Source: an uncultured Chloroflexia bacterium (lineage in GTDB: Bacteria > Chloroflexota > Ktedonobacteria > Ktedonobacterales > JADMIN01). Taken from it: DNA of 32,000 nt. The notes under the pieces were generated by a model that saw only the letters and a program-made list of their open reading frames with translations, did not search any database and was not told where the DNA came from. Positions 21,998 through 30,276 of the stretch are shown in pieces; position 1 is the first letter of the stretch, and each line of letters starts with the position of its first letter. Location: the NCBI GenBank assembly GCA_963718915.1, contig CAVRAI010000001.1:390001-422000 (forward strand), read 5' to 3'. Position numbers and translations under genes: made by a program.

Positions 21998-23569
21998 GTG
22001 AGTGACTCGGCCCAGCGGCGGCCTTCCTGGCGGATGGCGCTGATCGTCCTGGCGGTTGCGGTGGTGCTAGCGAGCGTAGGCGCGTTTGCCCTCGTGCGCC
22101 TGCGCCAGCCAGACGCCCCTCAGCCGCGCACAGCACGGACGGCCCAGCGGACGCCCGCTCCGACGTGCGCGCAGCAATCGCCATCATCGTCGTCATCGTC
22201 ATCCTCGGCATCATCGTCATCCTCGGCAACGGCGACGAATATCCGCGTCAGCAACGACGCTTACAGGGCGCACAGCGAGCCGATGCTTGCGATCAACCCC
22301 GCGAATCCGCTCAATCTGGTCGGCGGATCGAAGTTCTTCACCGACCCGGCGCGCTACCGCTTCCAGATTGGCACGTACACCTCCTTCGACGGCGGCTGCA
22401 CCTGGATTGATAACGGCGTATTGCCCGGCTTTGCGCCCGGCGAGACGACCTCCGACGTGACGGTCGCCTTCGGGCCGGAGAATCGCGTCTATATCGCGGT
22501 GCTCTACACCGACAATGTGAGCGATAGCGGCATCGCCGTTTTCACCTCCACCGATGGCGGCAAGACCTTTGGCAAGGCGGTGCCCGCCTATGATGACCCG
22601 ACCGGCGCGGTCTTCAGCGACAAGCCGTGGATCACCGTGGATATGAGCAGCGGCCCGTATCGTGGCAGCGTCTATGTCGTCTGGTCGTATGACTATGGCG
22701 GTACCTGCGGCTTCGAGAACTCCTGCAAACAGGGGGTTGGCTTCGCGCGCTCGGTTGATGGTGGCGCAACGTTTTCGGCGGCGCGTCAGGTGGAGGGCGA
22801 TGCGCCATTCTGCACGAATCCCGCACCGGGGCGCTCGTCCGATGATCGCGCGTGTGACGCTGCGCTGGGCGCGGTTCCAGCGGTTCTGCCCGATGGCACG
22901 CTGGCGGTAGCCTATGACTACATGGATGTCACCAGCAGCGGCAAAATCCCTACGCGCCTCGCGGTCATCACCTCGCCCGATGGCGGCGCGACCTGGACAG
23001 CGCCCGTGTTGATTGCCACCATCTCCGATATTCTCGGCGTCTTTCGGCCAGACCGCTATCGTAACGCCTCGCTGCTCGCCTTCGCCGCCGGTCCAGCGCG
23101 TGGCAGGCTCTACGTCGCCTGGGCGGATAAGCGGATTGGCGATAGCGATATCCTGTTCGCCTCGTCCAGCGATCAGGGTCGGACGTGGTCAGCGCCCGCG
23201 CGCGTCAACGACGATGCCACCAGGGACGGCGCCAACCAGTTCCAGCCGCAGCTTGCCGTCGCACCCAATGGTGTCGTGACCGTCTCATTCTTCGATACCC
23301 GCCGCGATAGCCACCACCATCTGATCGATGTCTACCTGGCCCAGTCGGTGGATGGCGGCGCGAGCTTCCTGCCAAATGTGCGCGTGACCACGCAGAGCTG
23401 GGACCCGACGGTGGACGCGCCTGTCGATGGCAGCGGCCTGCAATTCATCGGCGATTATCAGGGGCTGGCGGTGAGCGACCAGTACGCCCTCCCCTTCTGG
23501 AACGATACGCGCACCGGCAGCCAGGAGATCTTCATAGCGCTGTTCCCGAGCGCCCAACCGCAACACTGA
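21998..23569 (+). CDS. Membrane-anchored BNR/Asp-box repeat beta-propeller protein (sialidase-like fold)
   Basis: GTG start with a GGAGGGAG RBS, an N-terminal TM helix and a poly-Ser linker. Five Asp-boxes are present: STDGGKTF, SVDGGATF, SPDGGATW, SSDQGRTW and SVDGGASF. Confidence 0.8.
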   Translation: MSDSAQRRPSWRMALIVLAVAVVLASVGAFALVRLRQPDAPQPRTARTAQRTPAPTCAQQSPSSSSSSSSASSSSSATATNIRVSNDAYRAHSEPMLAINPANPLNLVGGSKFFTDPARYRFQIGTYTSFDGGCTWIDNGVLPGFAPGETTSDVTVAFGPENRVYIAVLYTDNVSDSGIAVFTSTDGGKTFGKAVPAYDDPTGAVFSDKPWITVDMSSGPYRGSVYVVWSYDYGGTCGFENSCKQGVGFARSVDGGATFSAARQVEGDAPFCTNPAPGRSSDDRACDAALGAVPAVLPDGTLAVAYDYMDVTSSGKIPTRLAVITSPDGGATWTAPVLIATISDILGVFRPDRYRNASLLAFAAGPARGRLYVAWADKRIGDSDILFASSSDQGRTWSAPARVNDDATRDGANQFQPQLAVAPNGVVTVSFFDTRRDSHHHLIDVYLAQSVDGGASFLPNVRVTTQSWDPTVDAPVDGSGLQFIGDYQGLAVSDQYALPFWNDTRTGSQEIFIALFPSAQPQH

Positions 23570-23865
23570 CTTCGGCCATCAAGTCCAACGTCCATAGGCT
23601 GGTCGGAACTAAAGACCAAGCGGGTGCGTTTCAAGCGAACGTGCTTTCGCGTCCCAAACAGATGTAGGGGGCTTACCCGCTGATGCAATGCTTGCCAGCC
23701 TACAAATTTGGCGCCCAGGCTAGCATTGTCCTCAACACCCCCAACAAAAAAACCAGCTACGGCATATAACACTATGAGAGGCATTCAACACTTCGAGCGT
23801 TGCACTTCTCAACACTCGACCGACCCACCATTGGCGAAACGCTCGGCCAGGGCAAGAAGGAAGGG

Positions 23866-24513
23866 ATGGAAAGCGTGATCTCCCGAGAGGATGCTGATGA
23901 TGCCCTGGCATTGCGCCGCTGTCAGCAAGGTGATGTTTCAGGGCTAGAAGTGCTCGCAGCGCGCTACCAACTGCGAGCCATCCGTATCGCTTATCTGCTA
24001 CTGCGGGACCACGCTGCTGCAGAAGATGTAGCACAAGACAGTTTCCTTCGCGTCTTTCAGGCAAGCGCGCAGTTTCACGAGGGAACGCAATTCGCCCCAT
24101 GGTTCTACCGCATTGTGTTAAATACTGCGCGTCAATACCAGCGCACATTGCGTCGGCGGCGAGAGAGCAGCCTTGATATTCTAATGCTCTCGGATGCCAC
24201 CAGCCCCCAGCTGCCTCTCGCGGAAGATCCCTTTGTGAGTGCGGAACAGACAGAGAGGCGCGCTGCCGTGCTAGATGTGCTCATGGCATTAACGATCAAA
24301 CAGCGTGAGGCGCTTGTCCTCCGATACTTCTGCGGCCTGAGTGACAGCGTCATTGCGCAGATCCTTAATTGCCCTCACGGCACAGTTCGCTGGCGCCTGC
24401 ATGCGGCGCATCGCGCGTTTGAGCGCGCCGCATCTACCAGATACCCGTGGCTCCTTGACCGTGAGAGCCCACTTTCCCAGGTATTAGCACGAGTTGAAGG
24501 AGGAACGAACTGA
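23866..24513 (+). CDS. ECF-type sigma-70 family RNA polymerase sigma factor
   Basis: Region 2: AEDVAQDSFLRVFQASAQFHEGTQFAPWFYRIVLNTARQYQR. Region 4: LTIKQREALVLRYFCGLSDSVIAQILNCPHGTVRWRLHAAHRAFE. The start at ATG 23866 is tentative. Confidence 0.85.
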   Translation: MESVISREDADDALALRRCQQGDVSGLEVLAARYQLRAIRIAYLLLRDHAAAEDVAQDSFLRVFQASAQFHEGTQFAPWFYRIVLNTARQYQRTLRRRRESSLDILMLSDATSPQLPLAEDPFVSAEQTERRAAVLDVLMALTIKQREALVLRYFCGLSDSVIAQILNCPHGTVRWRLHAAHRAFERAASTRYPWLLDRESPLSQVLARVEGGTN

Positions 24514-25688
24514 TGTCACGGCATGACGACGAGCGCCTCATTGCATGCCTATTGCAGGATGCCGCGCAGAGCGTGCCATCGGATGTCGATCTTACACCTC
24601 GCCTGCGTCCCCGATTGGCGCAAACCCAGGAAGAGACGAAGGGCACTATGTTCGCAACACGTCAGATGTCTTCTAAGGCACATCGAAGCGTTCCAATCAT
24701 TGCCATCGCCTTGGTGGCCATCCTCGCGATCTCAGCCTTTGCATTCGCCCGGCCGCTGATCTCCTCTTGGCTTGGCGATACCGGTATGAAAGGGTTAGTG
24801 TTGGGAAATGGTTCACTCATCAATCAGAGCGTGACTGTCAACGGCATTACCCTTCGATTGGAGCAGGGGTATGCTGATGCTGCTCGCACCGCACTGACGA
24901 TGCAGATTAGTTCGACGGGATCAGATGCGCAAAGCCTAGTCACGCCAATGCTAGACCAAACCCATCTGGTCGACAGCCAAGGCCGCATCTACACTGCGCT
25001 GGTTGGCACACAGGTCCAGAACGATGGATTAATGGAATTCACGCCGTTGCCCAGCAGTGCATTGAGTACTCAGCAAAGCTTTACACTTGTGGTGACGCAG
25101 ATGAATCGTCCCTCTAGCACCGAGCTGATCCCAGGCAACTGGCAGATCACGTTCAAGCTTCATCCTCACGCTATCCGCTCGATTGAATACAATCTGCCAA
25201 GCGCCATCATCGATGGCGTATCCGTTCAACCAGAACGCCTTGATGTGACACCAGCAGGAGCTCGCCTGTTCGTAAAAATCAGTGGTCTGAAGCCAAGTAC
25301 CTCACTATTTGGCCTGACCAATTTCGCCCAAACCGGCGGAGATAGCATTACCGGGTGCAACCCTGATTCCCGCTCTTGTGTTGGCGCGAGCAGCACCAGT
25401 GGGGGGGCAACTCTTAACCTCCAAGAGCCAGATGGGCAACGTCTCGAGTTGAGCGCTGTGGAAGTGGTGGATATGGCAACCGGCGTTGGCAGTATGCCGA
25501 CCGCAGACCAGATCGTGGGTCCAAGTGGCTCCGTCGTTTTGGAGTTTCTCTTTTGGGAGCCCTTCCACAGAACCCAAGGGACGGCGCATCTCACCATCAA
25601 TCAGATCAGGCTTAGCTCAGGCATAGGGTCCTCCTCACAAGACCAGATGCTTAATGGCCCCTGGGCATTTGATCTGGCTCTCCAATGA
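24513..25688 (+). CDS. Putative anti-sigma factor (single-pass membrane protein, DUF4179-like layout)
   Basis: It is translationally coupled to the sigma gene (TGATG overlap). It has a short cytoplasmic N-terminus, the TM helix VPIIAIALVAILAISAFAFA and a large extracytoplasmic domain. The function is inferred from position only. Confidence 0.55.
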   Translation: MSRHDDERLIACLLQDAAQSVPSDVDLTPRLRPRLAQTQEETKGTMFATRQMSSKAHRSVPIIAIALVAILAISAFAFARPLISSWLGDTGMKGLVLGNGSLINQSVTVNGITLRLEQGYADAARTALTMQISSTGSDAQSLVTPMLDQTHLVDSQGRIYTALVGTQVQNDGLMEFTPLPSSALSTQQSFTLVVTQMNRPSSTELIPGNWQITFKLHPHAIRSIEYNLPSAIIDGVSVQPERLDVTPAGARLFVKISGLKPSTSLFGLTNFAQTGGDSITGCNPDSRSCVGASSTSGGATLNLQEPDGQRLELSAVEVVDMATGVGSMPTADQIVGPSGSVVLEFLFWEPFHRTQGTAHLTINQIRLSSGIGSSSQDQMLNGPWAFDLALQ

Positions 25689-25852
25689 GAGTGAGTGCTG
25701 AGGTTCACGCTCTCCATCGGAGCGGAGCCGACACCCCGATTCCCATCGAGGCCAACACACATTTCAGCAAGAGAAAGAAGCATGCGCCTGCGTAGAAATG
25801 CGAATAGCTCCCGTGCTCAGGCACACCAGATAGACAGCTGCCGGAATCGCCA

Positions 25853-26279
25853 TCAGCGCTGGTTACGATGCGCGAGCAAACCGACCAGCAAACTCGCGCA
25901 GGCAAGCACGATGCCAGTAATTGTCACACACAAGCCTTCGCCGATCAGTCGTGAAGTAGCATTCCCCTCTGCAACGGATATTCGGATTCCGCAGGACGGT
26001 TGAGCATGGGGCGCCTGAATCCAGAGCCAGATCGTCGCGATAAGCATCAGGGTCACCGCGCCGACGATGCTGATTCGCAAACTGCCGAGCAGCCGTCCCA
26101 TGCATACAGATACCCCAGTGCTGGCGCCCATTGCAGGTCGACAAACAGGCAACCGGATGATAACAAAATACGCCTAGCGCCACCGTCACCAGCGCCGTGG
26201 TCAGCGACAGAATTACGGCCTCAATCACGAGCGGGTTTGGACCAGCGCCTACGCAGTGAAACGGCGCAAAGCCTTTCAT
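25853..26279 (-). pseudogene. Small 3-TM membrane protein, apparently split by a frameshift
   Basis: Strong AAAGGAG RBS 5 nt before the ATG at 26279. Frame 1 gives MKGFAPFHCVGAGPNPLVIEAVILSLTTALVTVALGVF and then Arg/Cys-rich junk. An overlapping frame, open from 26173, gives ...RISIVGAVTLMLIATIWLWI...LCVTITGIVLACASLLVGLLAHRNQR*. The T4/A4 run at 26165-26168 is a plausible slip site. Confidence 0.4.
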
Positions 26280-26551
26280 GGACGCTCCTTTCAGTGCATG
26301 GCATCATGACTTCAAAATGCAAGTATGACGCTCAATGAGGCTGACACGTTTTGCGTACACGAAGCCAACTCAAGAATTCGCGACTCTCACCGGTGATGTT
26401 GGTCGTGGCGTTCGTTAGCAGGAGGCATTCAGAGACAGAGCCAATCTAGGAGATCGCACTTATCGGCGCAGTTCTGACGGGACTGGGCCAGAGTACTGGC
26501 GCTTTCAAAGATTCTCAAAACCAATACGTACGTCAGCATGGTCGAGAAATT

Positions 26552-26803
26552 TTGAGACGCTTCACACTATGCCTCTATTCAAGTTCTTACTCCACTGGTT
26601 ATGGTTGGTCCCTTGCCGGCGCGAACGCCTTCAATTATGGTCTTTACGGTTACCCGCCCTCGACCGCGTACGAGGCGGACGGCTTTTTCCGGTTCAACGG
26701 GCCATTCGGGATTGGCTGCGTCTCGGGAGACAACTATATCGATTTCTATGGCAGCGGGTCATACCAAGTGTCATATGACCAAGCCTCCGAATATGGCTGT
26801 TAG
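26552..26803 (+). CDS. Hypothetical Gly/Tyr/Ser-rich small protein (weak call)
   Basis: 83-aa ORF from a TTG, reading YSSSYSTGYGWSLAGANAFNYGLYGYPPSTAYEADGFFRFNGPFGIGCVSGDNYIDFYGSGSYQVSYDQASEYGC. The frame is open back to 26450 and there encodes a hydrophobic stretch (IALIGAVLTGLGQSTGAF), but no canonical start codon is present in that part. Confidence 0.25.
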   Translation: MRRFTLCLYSSSYSTGYGWSLAGANAFNYGLYGYPPSTAYEADGFFRFNGPFGIGCVSGDNYIDFYGSGSYQVSYDQASEYGC

Positions 26804-26959
26804 CCTAAGGCGCGCTCAAGACGTGCATCAAGCGCACGAGAGAAGATAAAACGTGCACTAATCAAGCGCCTGAGAATAGGTGCAAACGTCTCTGTCTAAG
26901 TGGATGGACAGTGACCTGTTATGGTCGACGTCACTCGCGGCCGCACTCGCTGCTCTGCC

Positions 26960-26995
26960 CCCCTCTCCTCCCAGGAGAGGGGCTGGAGGTGAGGT
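26960..26995. repeat. CCCCTCTCC hairpin repeat, copy f
   Basis: CCCCTCTCC (26960-26968), loop tccca, GGAGAGGGG (26974-26982), then CTGGAGGTGAGGT. Confidence 0.8.
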
Positions 26996-27073
26996 CTCAC
27001 CGGACGCCTCAAGACGTTGTTGACCACTCACGTAGCGCATTTACAAAGGGGTAGACATCTACAAGAGGCGCCA

Positions 27074-27517
27074 TCATTTCAAGAGATAGTACACCTCGGT
27101 CCATACTTTGGCGGGATCGTCATCATGTGGGCCGTATACTTCCCACCGCGTACCGACTCGTTGCCGCCCCTCTGCGGCACACCAGTCGATCACGGCCTGA
27201 TGCGCCGCCGCCAGCCCCGCGTACGGTCCGTAGTGAGTGGTCATCGCCACCTGCCCCGTCGGCAGGGCTGAGGCTACCACCCGACCGGTAAGCGGACACG
27301 GAACCAGCAACTCGACCCCTACCTCGACACGCGGCGTGTCATCCCAGTAGAGCATGATATTACGGCAACCGCGAGTGATTCCGCCCGCATGCAGGCACGT
27401 CCACACCTCGTCGAGGAGCGTCCTCCACAGTGTGGGAAACTCCTGCCAGGTGGTGGTCGCGGCGACCACTGCGGTCGGGCGGGCTGCGACATCCACCACC
27501 GTCACGTCATAGCGCAT
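27074..27517 (-). CDS. GyrI-like small-molecule-binding domain protein
   Basis: 147 aa with a GAAGGAGGG RBS. The pattern VVDVAARPTAVV...FPTLWRTLLDEVW...ALPTGQVAMTTHYGPYAGLAAAHQAVIDWCAAEGRQRVGTRWEVYG is typical of GyrI-like/AraC effector-binding folds. No HTH is attached. Confidence 0.65.
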   Translation of the reverse strand: MRYDVTVVDVAARPTAVVAATTTWQEFPTLWRTLLDEVWTCLHAGGITRGCRNIMLYWDDTPRVEVGVELLVPCPLTGRVVASALPTGQVAMTTHYGPYAGLAAAHQAVIDWCAAEGRQRVGTRWEVYGPHDDDPAKVWTEVYYLLK

Positions 27518-27655
27518 GGTCCCTCCTTCATGTGAACGAACCGTCTGTGCTCTTCATTCCCCGCTCGCCCTTGCGCCGTCTGCTCGATGCTCCCCAACTC
27601 TACCACGTTTCCACACAAGGTCTTCGGCGCGGCTTCAGTCGCCAGCCGCTATCAG

Positions 27656-27685
27656 TTGACGCACCGCCCAACCACCTGCTATGCT
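27656..27685 (+). promoter_or_regulatory. Candidate promoter for the LysE leader (TTGACG-18-TATGCT)
   Basis: TTGACG at 27656-27661 and TATGCT at 27680-27685. This would give a ~220-nt leader before the LysE ATG. Confidence 0.35.
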
Positions 27686-27716
27686 GGCGTCAGCATATCG
27701 CGCTGAGGAGACGAAC

Positions 27717-27785
27717 ATGGCCAGGCACGCGCACGCCGCACGTCATACCGAAAACCAGCAGCAGCCGAACTCACGGTTCGGCTAG
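27717..27785 (+). CDS. Candidate 22-codon upstream ORF (leader peptide) MARHAHAARHTENQQQPNSRFG
   Basis: ATG preceded by GAGGAG at a 6-nt spacing. Three His and two Arg codons lie in the first 10 codons. The stop falls inside an 8-bp hairpin (AGCCGAAC-tcacg-GTTCGGCT, 27764-27784). It is too short for the ORF track. Confidence 0.3.
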   Translation: MARHAHAARHTENQQQPNSRFG

Positions 27786-27909
27786 TCGCGCCTGCATTTC
27801 ACGCATGTTCCCTATTGCGCCCGCCGGACTGACAGACAGGTTCGGTGGGCGCACTGTTTTCCTCCTGTCTTTCGCGTATCTGTGACACGACGCAGAGGAG
27901 GAGAGACCA

Positions 27910-28548
27910 ATGGACCTTTCAGGAGTGACCTGGCTGGCGAGGGGACTGCTCATGGGCTTCGCCATTGCCGCGCCGGTCGGGCCAATCGGCGTGTTGTGCA
28001 TCCGACGCTCGTTGGCCGAGGGCTGGCTGACTGGCTTTCTAACCGGGCTAGGCGCGGCCACCGCCGATGGCTTCTATGGCGGAGTCGCCGCCTTTGGGCT
28101 GACGGCGATCTCCGGCGCGCTGGTGGCGGAACAGGGCGTCATCCGCGTCGTGGGTGGGCTGCTGCTCTGTTATCTCGGCGCGCGCACGTTGCTGGCGAAA
28201 CCCGCGTTGGAGGCGGCGTCGGCGCGGCGCGGGCGTGGACTGCTGGGGGCGTATGCCACGACCGTTGGCCTGACGCTGACCAATCCCGCCACCATCATCT
28301 CGTTCGCCACGGTCTTTGCCGCGCTGGGGCTGGCGGGCGCGGTGGGTAGCGCTGTCGCGGCGCCGGGGCTGCTGACGCTCGGCGTCTTTCTCGGCTCGAC
28401 GTGTTGGTGGCTGCTGCTCAGCGGCGGCGTGAGCCTGTTACGGGCGCGGCTGACGACTGGCGCGCTGCGCTGGGTGAACCGACTCTCGGGCGTCGTGCTG
28501 CTGGGCTTTGGCGTGGTGGCGCTGGTCAGCGGCGTCATGGGGCGGTAG
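27910..28548 (+). CDS. LysE/RhtB family amino-acid exporter
   Basis: GAGGAGGAG RBS. GFAIAAPVGPIGVLCIRRSLAEGWLTGFLTGLGAATADGFY is the family N-terminal signature. About six TM helices, 212 aa. Confidence 0.85.
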   Translation: MDLSGVTWLARGLLMGFAIAAPVGPIGVLCIRRSLAEGWLTGFLTGLGAATADGFYGGVAAFGLTAISGALVAEQGVIRVVGGLLLCYLGARTLLAKPALEAASARRGRGLLGAYATTVGLTLTNPATIISFATVFAALGLAGAVGSAVAAPGLLTLGVFLGSTCWWLLLSGGVSLLRARLTTGALRWVNRLSGVVLLGFGVVALVSGVMGR

Positions 28549-28630
28549 GACGCTTCGCCGTCGCGCTCCCATGTCGTCCTGGGTGGCGCCACACGTCATT
28601 GCTATCCTGGTTGGAGCCACACCCGGGATG

Positions 28631-29032
28631 TCAATGAGCGTCGGAGTCATCAGATCCAGACGAATCAGACGAATCAGACCAGTAGGCTTCCGCCGCTTCT
28701 GCCGCGTCCTGCTGGCGGAAATACCGTTTGATCATCTCCACGCGATGCCGTACGGCAGGATCACCATTGTCAAGGGTGATAGCTCCTTCACCGCCATGGA
28801 TGTCCTCCAAGGCATTGCTGAACTGCGCGAGCGCTATTTCCTGATCCAATTGTTCCCATGAGGCGATGCCAAGATAGGCCATTTGCTCCTCTGTGGTGAA
28901 TTGCTGCTGCATGTGCATAAAGAAAGTGGTATCATCCACCTCCTCAAGTGGGATACCCTGGCTAAGAAAGTGCGCCTCAGTCGCAGCCATGAGTGCGGGA
29001 ATACGTTGTTCAACCGCTTTCTTGTCGAGCAT
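28631..29032 (-). CDS. Acidic hypothetical protein (133 aa) downstream of dinD
   Basis: ATG at 29032 with an AGGAGAGGAAGC RBS. MLDKKAVEQRIPALMAATEAHFLSQGIPLEEVDD...YWSDSSDSSGSDDSDAH. In the ORF track it is fused to dinD only because of the dinD frameshift. Confidence 0.6.
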   Translation of the reverse strand: MLDKKAVEQRIPALMAATEAHFLSQGIPLEEVDDTTFFMHMQQQFTTEEQMAYLGIASWEQLDQEIALAQFSNALEDIHGGEGAITLDNGDPAVRHRVEMIKRYFRQQDAAEAAEAYWSDSSDSSGSDDSDAH

Positions 29033-29054
29033 GCTTCCTCTCCTGAGCGGTACC

Positions 29055-29971
29055 CTATTTATCATCTCCACCCGCGGTGTCGTCTCCATCCGACGTGAAG
29101 AGGGGCGATTGTCCCGCGCCTGCCTTCTCCGCCTCGATGCGCCTCTGCTCCTGGCGCTGAATCTGCTTGATGGATTGCGCTGGGGTTGCGCTGGGGTTGG
29201 CAGTTGCTCGGGAGGCGTTGCGCCCTGCTCGATGATGAACTGACGTACCGCGGCGCCGACATCGTAATGGGTCTGATTCGCCGCGCCCTGCCCTTGAATG
29301 CTCGGGTCGTTGCGGAGCTTCTGCGTCGTGACGCTGCTTTTAAACAAATTGGCCGCCAGTTCGTCAGAGTTCATCCAGTCGAGAGAAGATTGCCCCTTTT
29401 TTAGTCCCTTCCTGGCGGCGATATCGCGCGCCGTCTCACCCGCATACAGCCCCCGGTAGCCATGATCCTGGAAGGCAGCAAAACCACTGCTAGGAACACC
29501 TGCCGCATAGGCAGCGTCGGCGAGTTGCTTGTTGTAGTCGGTCAGTTTCGCGCGGACGAAGAGGCGCCGTTGATCTTCTCCCATGCCCGCCTGGAGCGCC
29601 TGCTCGGTCAACTCCGCCTCGCGCGTGCGGACGGCAAAATACGTCTGCCCCAACGCCACAATCGGCTTTTCTGGATCGGCATTCTGGACGATCAGGTAGC
29701 ATGCATAGCGGGACAGTTGAACATCCTCAATCTCGCGGCTGGCTCCTGAGCCGATTTCGACCATATCGCTCACATGGGCGAAATGGTCTGAAACGGCATA
29801 TCCACTGCCCTCGCAGGCTGTTTCCGCCTTCTTGATCGTGTTGCGGAACTTACCATATTCGGTGTAGCCGAGCACCTTCGCTAATTCGCGCGCGCTCCAA
29901 TACTCTGTGCCGTCGTCGGTTGTGTGTCGGATCGTCTCGAATGGGCTGCTGGTAGTTTGCTGATCGCTCAT
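29055..29971 (-). pseudogene. dinD: DinD-like (DNA-damage-inducible protein D family) gene disrupted by an 11-bp tandem duplication
   Basis: SPFETIRHTTDDGTEYWSARELAKVLGYTEYGKFRNTIKKAETACEGSGYAVSDHF...GSGASREIEDVQLSRYACYLIVQNADP matches the DinD family as I remember it. GCGCTGGGGTT occurs twice in tandem at 29177-29198. The span is 917 nt, and 917-11 = 906 = 302 codons. That restores ...EQLPTPAQSIKQIQRQEQRRIEAEKAGAGQSPLFTSDGDDTAGGDDK*, with the stop at 29055-29057. Confidence 0.7.
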
Positions 29972-30066
29972 GATCTTCCCCTGTGCTGACTGTTGTCCAT
30001 CATGTACTATGGGTATGTCCTGTAGGCGCTCACACCGCCTTCAGGCACAGGCAGTCTAGGCCTCTT

Positions 30067-30276
30067 CTAGGCTGCCTGCTCGACTTTTCCCCAGCGCTCC
30101 GATTGTTGCGCCAGCTTCTCTACTTCCGCGCGGGGAATGAGTTTCACCCGCTTGTCGAGCGGATCCACCTTCACGGTAAAGGCGTTCTCCTCGATCAACG
30201 CCGCCATTTTGCGCGGACTAATGCCCAGGTATTCACGTACCTCTTTGGCGGTCATCATTTCGCTGTCGGCTGTCAT
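30067..30276 (-). CDS. Small helix-turn-helix DNA-binding protein (excisionase/MerR-like HTH_17 type)
   Basis: 69 aa from the ATG at 30276 (GAAGGAGGG RBS). MMTAKEVREYLGISPRKMAALIEENAFTVKVDPLDKRVKLIPRAEVEKL. The upstream part of the 175-aa track ORF is implausible. Confidence 0.65.
   Translation of the reverse strand: MTADSEMMTAKEVREYLGISPRKMAALIEENAFTVKVDPLDKRVKLIPRAEVEKLAQQSERWGKVEQAA

Noticed and set aside
23605-23629. ECF-type autoregulatory promoter GGAAC-N17-CGT upstream of the sigma factor gene
   Set aside because: The motif is short and lies ~240 nt upstream of the proposed start, with nothing to support it. It could easily be a chance match.
24066-24085. parS site (AGTTTCACGAGGGAAC) and another half-site near 26255
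   Set aside because: Only one half of the 16-bp palindrome TGTTTCACGTGAAACA matches. No full site was seen in or around parAB.
8798-26995. CRISPR array formed by the CCCCTCTCC hairpin repeats
   Set aside because: The copies are kilobases apart, occur in both orientations, have no regular spacer spacing, and no cas genes are present.
28631-29971. 446-aa ORF taken as one native protein
   Set aside because: The junction region is an Arg/Ser-rich out-of-frame stretch created by the 11-bp duplication. The downstream part has its own strong RBS and ATG at 29032, and the dinD frame has its own stop at 29055-29057 once one repeat unit is removed.
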